A program made the translations under genes and the position numbers. From Candidatus Thorarchaeota archaeon (GTDB lineage: Archaea > Asgardarchaeota > Thorarchaeia > Thorarchaeales > Thorarchaeaceae), in contig CAVSBO010000004.1 of assembly GCA_963726195.1 (NCBI GenBank), positions 351,723 to 415,722 of the forward strand: a DNA stretch of 64,000 nucleotides, written 5' to 3'. The notes under the pieces were generated by a model. The model saw only the letters and a program-made list of their open reading frames with translations, did not search any database and was not told where the DNA came from. How positions within the stretch are numbered: the stretch's first letter is position 1; every line of letters starts with the position of its first letter. Shown here in pieces: positions 1 to 10,575 of this stretch.

Positions 1-82
1 CTTGTTCATTCGCGCCACTTAAATATCGGCGTGCGTGCGCTCCTTCAAGATGCAACTAGGCGACTTGACTAGGTGACTTAGC

Positions 83-1470
83 TTGATTGAACTTCGTGGA
101 TTACTCTACAAGACTTTGGAGAATATAGTTGGGCCGGAAAACGTATCCGACAAGGATTTTGACCTTGAGGCCTACACTCGGGACTTGAGTTCAGCTCCAG
201 AAAAGAGAGCGTCGTTTGTTGTCCGACCCAGTACAACAGAGCAGGTTTCAACCATCCTTAGAGTGGCAAACCGGTATAGGATACCGGTCTATATCAGAGG
301 TGGTGGTACCTCGCACTGGGGAGAATGGCTTCCGGTGCAGGGTGGAATACTGATGGATATGACCTCATTGAACCAAATTGTGGAGATCGATGAGAGGGAA
401 TTGACCGCAACAGTTCAAGGCGGCTGTACCTGGTTCAAGCTTAGAAATGAGCTCAAGAAGCACGGTCTATCATGCGAGCCGAGAGAAATGGGTGGTCGCG
501 CCATAACGGTTGGAGCTAGCATAACGAAAAGGGGTTCAGGTTCCATAGGAGTCACCAAGCGAGGAAGATTAGGATGGGACGTTTTGGGTTTAGAGGTTGT
601 CTTGCCTACAGGCGAGATAGTAAAGACAGCCGCCGTCGAGTATCTTGGACTCAGACCTTTCGACAGTGGGGGAATAGGGCCAAACTTGACCCAGTTCTTC
701 ATCGGTTCAGGGGGGAGCTGGGAGTGATTACGGAGGTCACCCTGAGAGTCACGCCAATTCCATTGGATGCCTACCTGTACTTCGATTTCCCGGGGCTTGA
801 TAATGTGGAGAAAGTCGGAGATGAAGTGACCAGACCTGTGGGCGATGAGTTGGTCTTTCATCTGGAGTACACCAAAGGTGGATGTCTGTCAACTGGAGCG
901 GGGGCAGAATGCAGGGTCTGGACGTATGGTTACACCGAAAAGGAACTTGAGTTTCGTTGCGAGAGGATAAGAGACATCTGTGAGAAAGCCAGCGGGAAGG
1001 AAGGCGATCCCAAGAAAACAGAGGTGAGTCATCATCGCGATCATGGCTATCTATGGGGTGGTCTGACTGACTACTTCGAGCCGGGCCCAATCGACTATGT
1101 CGGCGGATATTGTCCAATCTACTCGCTAAACAAATTCTTTGAAGTTTGGGAAGAGGTTGTGATCAAGAAACACGGTTGGATTCCTCCTCCAAAGGCCGGC
1201 TTCGGGGGATGGTTGATTCCCAGAGGCTGGGGAGTTTTCGGGGAATTTCGTTATATCGACCCGGATGAGCGCCCTCGTGTCAGAGAAACCGCCGAGGAGC
1301 TCACGAAGAGATGGTTTGAGCTTGGTTTCATGCCTTGGCGGTTGGGCGATCACCTGTTCCTAGCGAAATACTCGATTCCGAAACTTGGCGGCTGGTACGA
1401 GCTTGTCAAGCGGTTGAAGAAAGAGCTGGATCCAAACGACATTCTGAATCCCGGGAAAATGATCCGATAA
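83..1470 (+). CDS. FAD-binding oxidoreductase (GlcD/D-lactate dehydrogenase-like), split by one frameshift at ~711-716
   Basis: The N-terminal ORF has FAD_binding_4 motifs (VVRPSTTEQV, RGGGTS, VLGLEVVLPTGEIV, FIGSGG). The next frame continues ELGVITEVTL and ends KKELDPNDILNPGK. One G is missing in a G-run. Confidence 0.85.
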
Positions 1471-1484
1471 ACGGAGGCAAAGGA

Positions 1485-2627
1485 ATGCAGATTTCTAGTT
1501 ATTATAACCAAATTTGGAAGTGTGGCAGATGTGGTTACTGTGGGGGAGGCTATCTCGAAGACCGTTGTCCCGCTCGATTCTTGGGCCGATTTGAATCCTC
1601 GACTGCCAGAGGGAAGCTTCTCATCGCAAGAGCCCTCATGAATGGGGGATTGGGCCCCTCCGCTGAGCTCGCGAATAGGGTCTATGAATGTACACTCTGT
1701 GGATCTTGCGAAACCATCTGCGATAGAATCATCCATTTGGACCTGGTGGATATCCTAGAAGCCCTTAGAGCCGACTTGGTGGACGCCGGGCTTGGACCAA
1801 TGCCTAGGCACAAGGAAATACTGGATTGGATCAAGAAAGAACACAACCCGTACATGGAAAAACATGAGGACAGACTGAAATGGATGCCTCAAGGTAGGAA
1901 TGTTTCGGGAAGAAGCAAGATACTGTATTTCACGGGATGCACAACTCCATACAGACAGCCTGAGATTTCAAGGGCTTCTATGCAAGTGATGGAAGCCGCC
2001 GGAGTTGAGGCTCTGATTGCTCCCAAAGAATGGTGCTGCGGTTCGATTGCCTTCAGGACCGGTGCAAGAGATGCGGGATTGGACCTTGCGAAGCATAACG
2101 TTGAATTGTTTAAGTCTCTGGGAGTAAACACCATTGTAACCCATTGTCCGGGATGCTATAGAACGCTCAAGCTGGACTATCCCAAGCTTCTGGGAGACAT
2201 GCCGTGGAAGGTTCTTCACTTCTCGGAGTTTGTTGAGGACCTATTAGACAAAGGCAAGCTTCAGTTCGATGGTCAAATCGACGCGAAAGTCACTTACCAT
2301 GATCCATGCCATCTAGGGAGACACGCAGGTGTGTACGATCCCCCTAGAAGAGTCCTCGAGTCGATACCCGGGTTGCAGCTTGTAGAGATGGAACGTACAC
2401 GTGAGGAATCGTGGTGCTGCGGTGCTGGTGGAGGTGTGAAGTCTGCATTCCCTGATTCAGCACTGAAGGTCGCGAATGAAAGAATCAAGGAGGCCGAGCG
2501 GACCGGAGCACAATATCTCGTTACAACTTGTCCATTCTGCAGACAAAACTTGAAGGATTCATCTGATTCGTCGGGTGGACATCTACAGGTTTGTGATTTG
2601 ATGGAGTTGCTGGCGCGCGTGACTTGA
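1485..2627 (+). CDS. Fe-S oxidoreductase with 4Fe-4S dicluster and two CCG domains (GlcF/HdrD-like)
   Basis: Motifs CGRCGYC...CP, CTLCGSCETIC, WCCG, YHDPCHLGR, CCGAGGG and TTCPFC. A GGAGG site precedes the ATG at 1485. Confidence 0.9.
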   Translation: MQISSYYNQIWKCGRCGYCGGGYLEDRCPARFLGRFESSTARGKLLIARALMNGGLGPSAELANRVYECTLCGSCETICDRIIHLDLVDILEALRADLVDAGLGPMPRHKEILDWIKKEHNPYMEKHEDRLKWMPQGRNVSGRSKILYFTGCTTPYRQPEISRASMQVMEAAGVEALIAPKEWCCGSIAFRTGARDAGLDLAKHNVELFKSLGVNTIVTHCPGCYRTLKLDYPKLLGDMPWKVLHFSEFVEDLLDKGKLQFDGQIDAKVTYHDPCHLGRHAGVYDPPRRVLESIPGLQLVEMERTREESWCCGAGGGVKSAFPDSALKVANERIKEAERTGAQYLVTTCPFCRQNLKDSSDSSGGHLQVCDLMELLARVT

Positions 2628-2889
2628 GGCGCTTTCAGCTGAATCGTCAGGTCTCTGCGTGTCAATATGCGGGAGAGACCATCGACTTCCAATGCAGACA
2701 GTATGAGTTAAACGACCATTGTGTGCTTATCAAGAATAGGTGCTACAACGATGCAGGCAGACAGGCTGCTCTCTGCTCTGTGCAAGAAGGCACAGAGTCA
2801 TGACAGCCTTCCTTGGCTAGCTACATATCTCAGTTGCAGCAGTTTGTCGGGCGAAAGATACACGGAGTCGAGTCCCCCAGAAGGCAACA

Positions 2890-3438
2890 TCGACACAAAG
2901 CAGATTGGGCCTTGGCTCCTAGTGACCGTTAGCATAAGTTACAAAGGAACGACAGATGGTCCCAGCACGGATCGTGCTGGTGGTGACCCCTATTCTGCAC
3001 AAGTGCGATACGACTGGATTGGTCCTGCTGCTTCCACCCCCCACACGGTCACGAATCCGGAAGAACTGAATGCATGGGCCCTCCTCGGCACATTCTATGT
3101 CCGCGAGTATACCGATGTGGGGAGTTGGGGAGTGCATGAGGGGAGTTGGGTTCAGAATCTAAGCGAGGATGGAACCGTGTTCATTCGAGAGGGAAATGGG
3201 CGATTCCAGGATGAGCTGCCTGAATCCAAATCGACCCGAAGAAAAGTCGTGCTGAAGATGCCTCAGCGCTGAACCAAGAGCAGATATGATAGGTCCCTGC
3301 GTTGATGTTCTACAGAGTGGAGCCGATATGAAAAGGCCCCGGGTGACATGAGTCGGTTGGCGATTGCTGGCGGGAGTGCGATGGCAGTAGTCGCTCTGGT
3401 CGTTGTCTACTAGGTGTGTCCAGCGAAGCCGCACATAG
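2890..3438 (+). pseudogene. Possible decayed gene for a surface-anchored protein
   Basis: The distal part of ORF 2721-3272 looks protein-like. A broken hydrophobic anchor (RLAIAGGSAMAVVALVVVY) and a basic tail follow in other frames. Confidence 0.3.
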
Positions 3439-3677
3439 TCACCATTGCCCAGAAGCATTCACTATTCGTCATGTCCCGCGATTGCCTCTGACTCATGGAC
3501 GCTCTGAGATTCGAGCGATTGTTGGTTAGTTTTTCGCTGATTCTAAAGAAAGGATTGCGATGTACATTATGACCCATTCCTTATGTACCCGGATGCTCGA
3601 TTGCTTCAACCGTTAGGGCAAACGGTTTACCGAATTCGGCCTAACGAAATAAGCGGTATTGGAAAGAGGCGATATCG

Positions 3678-4274
3678 ATGTCGAGCAAAGCTGAAGAAGC
3701 GCAGCTGATGCAGGAATTCTTTCAGAAGTATCCGGACATAGGCAAGACGTACAATGAGAACATACTTGCCAGTTTCAATAGGAGCCCGAATCTTGCCGAG
3801 ACAGTACGCGGAATGATAACGTGGCACAACGGCATGATCGACTCACTAGTAGCAAAACCAGTCAAGAGGTTCTTAGAAGAGACGCTTAAGTCCCCTGCAG
3901 GCATGGCTGACAAGAAGGAGTTCAAGGAAGCTGCCGCCAAGTTCAGAGAAGCGATAAAGAAGTCACACGAGAAGGACGATGGGTTCAGAAAGCAGCTGAA
4001 AGATGATAGCCTGTCGGAGTGGGTTTTCTTCGCCGGAGAATTCCTTACATCCATGCGAGCAGACATGACCAAGATGAAGGAAGAGCAGAAGAAGTCGAAG
4101 GATCTGTACTTGATAGTCTTGCACAGGTACTGCTCCTCTCTGTTCAATGCCGCTAGAAACAGCATCAGGGATGAGACCGGCGTCAATGATCTCTTCCTGA
4201 AGACAACGGAACCTCTAGTCAAGTGGTTGCAGATGATAAAACCTGCGTCAATCGAGGCCATCTGGGGTCTATAA
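3678..4274 (+). CDS. Hypothetical alpha-helical protein
   Basis: 198-aa ORF with a natural charged, helical composition. No recognised motif. Confidence 0.75.
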   Translation: MSSKAEEAQLMQEFFQKYPDIGKTYNENILASFNRSPNLAETVRGMITWHNGMIDSLVAKPVKRFLEETLKSPAGMADKKEFKEAAAKFREAIKKSHEKDDGFRKQLKDDSLSEWVFFAGEFLTSMRADMTKMKEEQKKSKDLYLIVLHRYCSSLFNAARNSIRDETGVNDLFLKTTEPLVKWLQMIKPASIEAIWGL

Positions 4275-4323
4275 AAAAGGATTTGGTTTCTTCACTTCAA
4301 CGAAGCTCAGAGAATAAAGAAGA

Positions 4324-4347
4324 ACGACCCGGAGTTCACCGGGTCGT
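4324..4347 (-). terminator. Perfect 9-bp stem-loop between convergent genes
   Basis: ACGACCCGG-AGTTCA-CCGGGTCGT, followed on the minus strand by a pyrimidine/U-rich tract. Confidence 0.55.
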
Positions 4348-4362
4348 AAGGAATCTCTAGAC

Positions 4363-6678
4363 CTACTTTATCTTCTTGACATAAACGACGTATAAGACCT
4401 CAATGGCAATGGCACCCACTGCAACTGGCAGTGCTATGCTGCCAAGCACTGCGAAGATGTCTGGTCCAGGTGCACTCAGAGGCTGCAGCCAGGCCAGTGT
4501 GTGACTCTCCATTGGAGTTATCTGAATCCAGAGGAATCCTGCAGTCGCTAAGATTCGTCCTAACTGGAGATGAAGAATCGCGTACTCGGAAATGGCACCG
4601 AACTGGAACGAGATTCGAGGCAGAGATCCGACAAGCTCGTCATTCAGGTCCGCCCACAACGTGGAGTGAGTTCTGGAGTCATAGTGGCTGTAGAGAGTAG
4701 CTGTGAACGATGAGACGTCAGCGGTTCTCACAGTAACATTGTACCACGTTCCAGGTGTCATGTTCAGCCTGACTGCGATGTAGTTAGGGCTCGTACTCGG
4801 CAAATTGAGAGTGAAGTTGTTCGAGGCAGCTATAGTCCGGATGTCTAACGACGCAACCCCGTTGTACCATTTGTCAGTGTATTGCCGCCAATCAACTGTG
4901 AACCTGATTGGGCGGTCGACGTATTCAACAAGGGCGCCAGTGTTGTTATACACACGAAATGACATCGTCAAGAAGGCATAGTTGTCCGACCACAAGCGAC
5001 TTGTGAGAAACGATGACCAATTCGCGTAGGTTGGATGTGGCTTCCAATTAACCCCATCCCACCGGTTGGCGAGAGTGACACTAGTACTCCAAATAGGCGT
5101 GTAGAACTTGTCGTAGGCTCCTATTTGGATCGTCACTGTGATATTATTGAGCGTGTCGAGGTGCAGTGTCAGGTTGTAGTACTCACAGGGGCTCGTGGGA
5201 ACCCTGAAACCACCGAAACGGATCAGGTCAGCCGTCATCGTATCCGTCACTATCGGCGCGAAGCTGAACTCAATGTACTCCGATACTGTTCCAGCGATAT
5301 CAATGAGGACCACATAGTCGCCTGCTCTTAGAAAGTAGCTCGCTGATGCTTGAAGTGTAGAGCCATCTGTTATGCTCTGAGACTTGAAGAATCCATCCTT
5401 GTTGACTCCGAACACTGTAATGCCGAAGTCACTTCCCACACCAGTGGAGTTAGCTTTCAGCACTGAGTCTTGCGCCACGTTCAGTCGGTAAGCTTTCTGA
5501 ATGGCCGTACTGAACGGGTTCTCAAGCAGGAATTCGTGGGTCAGAGGCAGGTCCACGGCGCCGTTGTCCTTGTGGTACAAAGTGTACTGGACGTTGTCTC
5601 CACCATAGACAGTCACGTAGAGTGGTCCTCCTCTGTAGAAGAACCGTCCATTGCTCGGAGAAACTGAGTCACGCACATACTGAGATCCGCCGTTGTAGTT
5701 GTACTCATAGGCGTCACTCGTCAACAAGATGCCTGTCGTTTGAGGGACACCGTTTGACACTTCGGGGTAGTTGAATGCATAAGTCACCGATGCAACATCG
5801 TCGGGAGATGTCACCTTGTAGGTGTTCACAGTAGGTGCCATCTCTTGATGGACTAGGCTGCCAGTATCACTGCGGACAATCAATTCACCAGTCGGAAGTG
5901 TCCCTTGCACTACCTCTCCGAGTCCGATTGTCGTAACTGTCGTTGAGACTGGGTACAGGTCAAAGATTGCGAAGGTACCTGCGGCGTGATTCGCTTGCAG
6001 GACAACAATGTAGTTGCCGGCAATTGCGGGTCTAAAGGGAACAGCGAGTATGTCACCGCCGGTGCCAGAAATTCCATTCACATGCCTGCCGAGCGGATCA
6101 TAGACTGTTGCACTCCAAGATAGGCCGTCTTGGAGCGAGCTGACTATGAGGTTTACGAACTCTTGACCGCTTATCGCCACCACGCCGAAGTAGACGTACC
6201 CGCCTTCCATCACAACACCTGTGTGCTGGCCAACGGTAAGGACGAACGACCTCCGCTCCAAAGTTGTGTTGATGACGGCACCACTTCCGTCACTCCCAAC
6301 AAAGTTGAAGAAGTCAGGTAGATATGCGGGATTTCCAAAAGGTCCGTTAGAAAACCCAGAAAACTGCTGCCAATTGAAGTTCGGGTTGCTTGGAGCTGAC
6401 AGTGAGCCGGTCGTTCTGGCCCATCCTGTGGCATCATATGAGTAGAGTCGATAGTCTAGGTCTTCATTCACATGCATCTTGCTTGAGGACGCGAAATCCA
6501 ATGCGTTCGGCTTGACAAACACATACGTGAAATTGTTAGTTCCGGGCGCTATGGCTTGATTGTATTTCTCAATTACTGAACTGGCCTGAAGTGCCGATGC
6601 TGGAGCAGCAAGAGAGCCCAGCATTAGGAAGAGCGGCACGATTAGGCCCAGCAATATTCTCCTGTCAATGTGTCTCAT
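4363..6678 (-). CDS. Large secreted/surface glycoprotein with C-terminal membrane anchor
   Basis: N-terminal signal peptide, a beta-rich S/T/N/Y-rich body with many N-x-S/T sequons, and a C-terminal TM helix followed by KKIK. Confidence 0.8.
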   Translation of the reverse strand: MRHIDRRILLGLIVPLFLMLGSLAAPASALQASSVIEKYNQAIAPGTNNFTYVFVKPNALDFASSSKMHVNEDLDYRLYSYDATGWARTTGSLSAPSNPNFNWQQFSGFSNGPFGNPAYLPDFFNFVGSDGSGAVINTTLERRSFVLTVGQHTGVVMEGGYVYFGVVAISGQEFVNLIVSSLQDGLSWSATVYDPLGRHVNGISGTGGDILAVPFRPAIAGNYIVVLQANHAAGTFAIFDLYPVSTTVTTIGLGEVVQGTLPTGELIVRSDTGSLVHQEMAPTVNTYKVTSPDDVASVTYAFNYPEVSNGVPQTTGILLTSDAYEYNYNGGSQYVRDSVSPSNGRFFYRGGPLYVTVYGGDNVQYTLYHKDNGAVDLPLTHEFLLENPFSTAIQKAYRLNVAQDSVLKANSTGVGSDFGITVFGVNKDGFFKSQSITDGSTLQASASYFLRAGDYVVLIDIAGTVSEYIEFSFAPIVTDTMTADLIRFGGFRVPTSPCEYYNLTLHLDTLNNITVTIQIGAYDKFYTPIWSTSVTLANRWDGVNWKPHPTYANWSSFLTSRLWSDNYAFLTMSFRVYNNTGALVEYVDRPIRFTVDWRQYTDKWYNGVASLDIRTIAASNNFTLNLPSTSPNYIAVRLNMTPGTWYNVTVRTADVSSFTATLYSHYDSRTHSTLWADLNDELVGSLPRISFQFGAISEYAILHLQLGRILATAGFLWIQITPMESHTLAWLQPLSAPGPDIFAVLGSIALPVAVGAIAIEVLYVVYVKKIK

Positions 6679-6910
6679 GACACATCCTCACCTCTTCCGA
6701 GGACTATTGTATGAACGGTTATCAATCAATCGTGCACAGACGGACTGGGATTGTTCACTTCTTGCCTTGACATGCAATCCGGATGGAGTGTCATGGGCTC
6801 CTCGTTCATTTCCACGCGCGAAAAGCCGAGAATGACGTCATGGAAATGTGGCAGGAAATCGGAGCCTATAGTTGTCGGTGCTGAGCTTACCTGCGAGCAG
6901 AAAGACCTGC

Positions 6911-7585
6911 TTACGCCTCAGGCTTGTCTGCAAGAAACAAGTATGCCACAAACCTGCCGACTAGCCCAATTCCTACCCAGTACAGAAGTACCATGCTTCC
7001 CACCACGGGCACATACACATCAATTGACTGTACGTTCAGGATTGGCACAATGTACGTTGCTGGGTAGATGGCCGCGAGAAGCAGCAGACTCACTATGCCA
7101 CCGTGGCAGAGTACCGCTCCCCAGTCTCTTCTGCAATAGACTTCCCACAGGTTCTGGACCAGAAACACGTTCATGTATCCGACTACTTCGACGATGCCGA
7201 ACAAGATGATGGCATAGCCAACATAGGTCCCAGTCATACCTCCAAACAGCCTGCCGAAGTAGTTCACGTAAATCCACATCCAGAATGATGCTACTACGGC
7301 GAATGAGAGATACAGCCCGTGGTAGAGTGCAGTCGGCACATCTCTCCTGATATGGAAATCTCTTATTGGTCTGCTCTTTCGTATCCGCGCAGCGGCCTCT
7401 TTTTCAGCTGATATCGTGACTGCCGAACCTCGGTCCTGTTCAAGCTTCGACGGGACTGAGAGCCACTTCCCGCAGTTCTGGCACTGAACGGTTCCGTCCG
7501 CGGCAATCTTGTTTCTATGATAGAAGTATGTCGCGCCGCAGCTGGGGCATGTGACCGATTGACCTTCTCTGTCATATTGTTCCAT
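6911..7585 (-). CDS. Zinc-ribbon domain membrane protein
   Basis: CPSC...CQNC ribbon followed by about 4 TM helices. Likely start is MEQYD at 7585. Confidence 0.7.
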   Translation of the reverse strand: MEQYDREGQSVTCPSCGATYFYHRNKIAADGTVQCQNCGKWLSVPSKLEQDRGSAVTISAEKEAAARIRKSRPIRDFHIRRDVPTALYHGLYLSFAVVASFWMWIYVNYFGRLFGGMTGTYVGYAIILFGIVEVVGYMNVFLVQNLWEVYCRRDWGAVLCHGGIVSLLLLAAIYPATYIVPILNVQSIDVYVPVVGSMVLLYWVGIGLVGRFVAYLFLADKPEA

Positions 7586-7760
7586 CCGATTCGCCTCCTT
7601 TTGCTCAAGGTCAATTCTCTTGGAATTCGCGCGAGAGGCTATAAAACATCCGAAAACGGAATTCTCTGCAGCTCTTGGGCCTTGAACTCGGCACTTCGCC
7701 CTTTCCAAGCCAAAGGCTTTTCTTTTCCATCGTGGATTTGGCATTCACAGCTCTTCTGAG

Positions 7761-8882
7761 ATGAATTCTGCGTTGGTCGATGAACGAATTCAGCGTCTCG
7801 CTCGCCTCACTATTGAGTACTCAATTGGAGTGTCTAACGGACAGCTAATCGCAATCAACGGACCCACCCTCGCTGAACCTTTGGTCCTCGAGCTCGTACG
7901 CGAAGTCCTCAAGGCGGGAGGTCACCCGTTCACCATTGTCAGTATCCCCAAGTCGCAGGAGATCTTCTACTCACTCGCGCAGGATCACCAGCTCGACTAC
8001 GTCAACCCCATCAACCGCTACGTGTTCGAGACAGTTGACGCATATATCACGGTTTTTGTAACGGATAACCTCAAGATTCTCTCCGACGTCGACCCCGCAC
8101 GCATAGCCCGCGCGGCCAAAGCCCAGACCGAGACCCGGAAGATAATGATGCAACGCTTCAAGAAAGGCTGGTACGCGCTCGTTCCTTTTCCCACACCCAG
8201 TCTTGCGCAAGAGGCCTCCATGGGAACAGAAGAGTACGAAGACTTCGTCTATCATGCCTGTCTTGTTGACAGAAAGGACCCTGTAAAGGAATGGCAGAAG
8301 ATCAGCACAGAGCAAGCGAAAGTCAAGAAGTACCTCGACACCAAACGCTCCATACACTTCGTCGGCAATGATGTCGACCTCACAGCAAGCGTCGCCGGGC
8401 GCCAATGGGTGAACTGTGATGGCCACCTCAACATGCCCGACGGCGAAATCTTCACTTCACCTGTCGAGAATGGGGTGGAAGGCTCCATCCGCTTCAGCTA
8501 CCCCGGCATCTACATGAGCAAAGAGGTCGGCGACATAGTCCTCACCTTCAGCAAGGGCAAAGTCATCAAGGCCACAGCCGCCAAGGGACAGGACCTGCTC
8601 GACCAACTCCTCAAGATTGATGAGGGCGCTCAGCGACTCGGCGAAATCTCCATCGGCACGAATCCCGGCATCACCAAATTCACAAAGAACATGCTCTTCG
8701 ACGAGAAGATGTCCGGCACCATTCACTGTGCGCTTGGCAACGGCTTCGAAGAATCCGGCAGCAAGAACGAATCGGCCATCCACTGGGATTTGCTTGCGGA
8801 CATGACACACGGTGGTCAAGTCTATGCCGACGACGAACTCTTCTACAAAGATGGGAAATTCCTGCCAAAGGTTATCGGTTAG
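7761..8882 (+). CDS. Aminopeptidase, M29 family (AmpS/AmpT-like)
   Basis: NMPDGEIFTSP, LGEISIG, LFDEKMSGTIHCALG and SAIHWD motifs. Confidence 0.92.
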   Translation: MNSALVDERIQRLARLTIEYSIGVSNGQLIAINGPTLAEPLVLELVREVLKAGGHPFTIVSIPKSQEIFYSLAQDHQLDYVNPINRYVFETVDAYITVFVTDNLKILSDVDPARIARAAKAQTETRKIMMQRFKKGWYALVPFPTPSLAQEASMGTEEYEDFVYHACLVDRKDPVKEWQKISTEQAKVKKYLDTKRSIHFVGNDVDLTASVAGRQWVNCDGHLNMPDGEIFTSPVENGVEGSIRFSYPGIYMSKEVGDIVLTFSKGKVIKATAAKGQDLLDQLLKIDEGAQRLGEISIGTNPGITKFTKNMLFDEKMSGTIHCALGNGFEESGSKNESAIHWDLLADMTHGGQVYADDELFYKDGKFLPKVIG

Positions 8883-9003
8883 GATTTCTGAAAGGTTGTT
8901 GGACAAGGTTTCGATAATCACAAGCACTGACGAATCCGGGTACGGAATCCCCTAGAGTGAGCACACTATGAAATGACTTCTAATGAAGCATCGACCACGC
9001 CGA

Positions 9004-10482
9004 CTAGGTGGTCTCTGTGTCATCTGCGGCCAACTGGAAACCGTCTTCTGACGTGGCTTTCTTGATTGTGACCTCGATGTCCTTAGCCTTTGGAATCGGG
9101 TTTGAGAAGCCGACCCTGATAAGAGCAGTACCTGCGAGAGCGATGACCGATACCAAAGCGAATGTGGGCCCGAATCCGTATTCAGGAAGGAAAGAGCTGA
9201 AGAACCATATCAAGGGGAGTGCACAGAGAACCACGAGCGTGGGCCTTAGAGAATAAAGGCTGTTTCTGATTCTGTTCGGGATTACGTCTATGAACACACG
9301 TTGAGTCAAGATATCGGCGAATGCCCCGAGGAAGTCTGTAACCATGAAGACAAGGAAGATAATCGTCAGCGGTATCACAGACTCCGCTGGAACCTCGAAG
9401 AGCATGATACTGGTCAGCGGGATGAGAACTGATATCATGTGAGCCTCCTCAAGAGTCGGCGCCTTGAAGATGAATGTGGTTGCTGAAAGCAACAGAAAGA
9501 ACGCAAACCCGCCGAACTGCAATAGTCTGAGACGTGGAACCCACTTGACCGGATTGAATCTGCGTGACCAGATTCCACTTCGTTCCTGAGCCGCCACGTT
9601 CGGAATGAATACCAATGTCCTGAAACCCGAGATACCCACGTAACTCAGAAGATACGTGAAATAGAAAGGAAACAGGATGATGTCCCACCATAGTTCTCCG
9701 GTGGCAAAGAGAATTGTTTCACCCAGAATGGTGAAGAACACGAAGCGGCTAGAGCCAACGAACTTGAGCCCGTCAATCAGTACACGCGAGTATCCGCCCG
9801 ATAGCGCGTTCTGTTTCTTCCGCAGATCCGCTGCTTCTGGAAAATCCTTAATGACCCTCAATACGACTAGAGCGAGAACCATGCTCATTATAGCTTGGAA
9901 CCTGAAAACCCATCTCTCCGAATACATGACGGCGAGCCAAGCACCGGGAAGAAGAACCAGGGTTGACACGATCTGGAATATCATTCCAGAGCGACCCTGC
10001 ATGACGCCATACATTTTCCTGTCTTTGTCATGAGGCATAGCTACGCGGTAGTTGTTGTCGAACCATGCGCCCCAGGCCCCGCTTTCTTGGGATTGTGCTA
10101 CTCCCATTACTACGTAGATGACGACAAAAAGCAAGTATGGAGTTTCGGCTGTCACAGTTGATGTCAGCCAGAAGGCAATGGCATAGCAGGTAAGCGCCAT
10201 CGCGATTATGTATCTCTGGCCGATGTAGTCTCCAAGCGCGCCACTAGGATAGTCCAGAACAGTTCTTATGACGAGCTGGATTATCACTAGGAATCCTACC
10301 ATGGGTAGGCCTGCCATCAGATCACCGCCACCAAGCGAGGTAGCAATGAAAATCATCCAGAAGGTGGTGGAAATCATGAACGTCGCTGCCATGGTGGGCA
10401 TCAGGAGAACCATAGTCCGGACTAACCGGATCGCTTTGTCCGTGGGTTCCTGTAAGCCGAAGAATCTGGCGAATCTGCCCAT
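9004..10482 (-). CDS. MFS transporter
   Basis: About 12 TM segments, with the DYPSGALGDYIGQR motif A variant and SQESGA. Confidence 0.8.
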   Translation of the reverse strand: MGRFARFFGLQEPTDKAIRLVRTMVLLMPTMAATFMISTTFWMIFIATSLGGGDLMAGLPMVGFLVIIQLVIRTVLDYPSGALGDYIGQRYIIAMALTCYAIAFWLTSTVTAETPYLLFVVIYVVMGVAQSQESGAWGAWFDNNYRVAMPHDKDRKMYGVMQGRSGMIFQIVSTLVLLPGAWLAVMYSERWVFRFQAIMSMVLALVVLRVIKDFPEAADLRKKQNALSGGYSRVLIDGLKFVGSSRFVFFTILGETILFATGELWWDIILFPFYFTYLLSYVGISGFRTLVFIPNVAAQERSGIWSRRFNPVKWVPRLRLLQFGGFAFFLLLSATTFIFKAPTLEEAHMISVLIPLTSIMLFEVPAESVIPLTIIFLVFMVTDFLGAFADILTQRVFIDVIPNRIRNSLYSLRPTLVVLCALPLIWFFSSFLPEYGFGPTFALVSVIALAGTALIRVGFSNPIPKAKDIEVTIKKATSEDGFQLAADDTETT

Positions 10483-10575
10483 GGCTGGATATCTCTTTCT
10501 ATTTCTTCAGTTCCCGAAGTCTCTCCATTAAGAAGCTTGGCATGACCGCCATGCTCTTCCAATGCCGGCCAACTC

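Noticed and set aside
725-727. TGA ending the first oxidoreductase ORF as recoding
   Set aside because: The conserved ELGVITE motif is in another frame after a G-run, so this is a simple indel.
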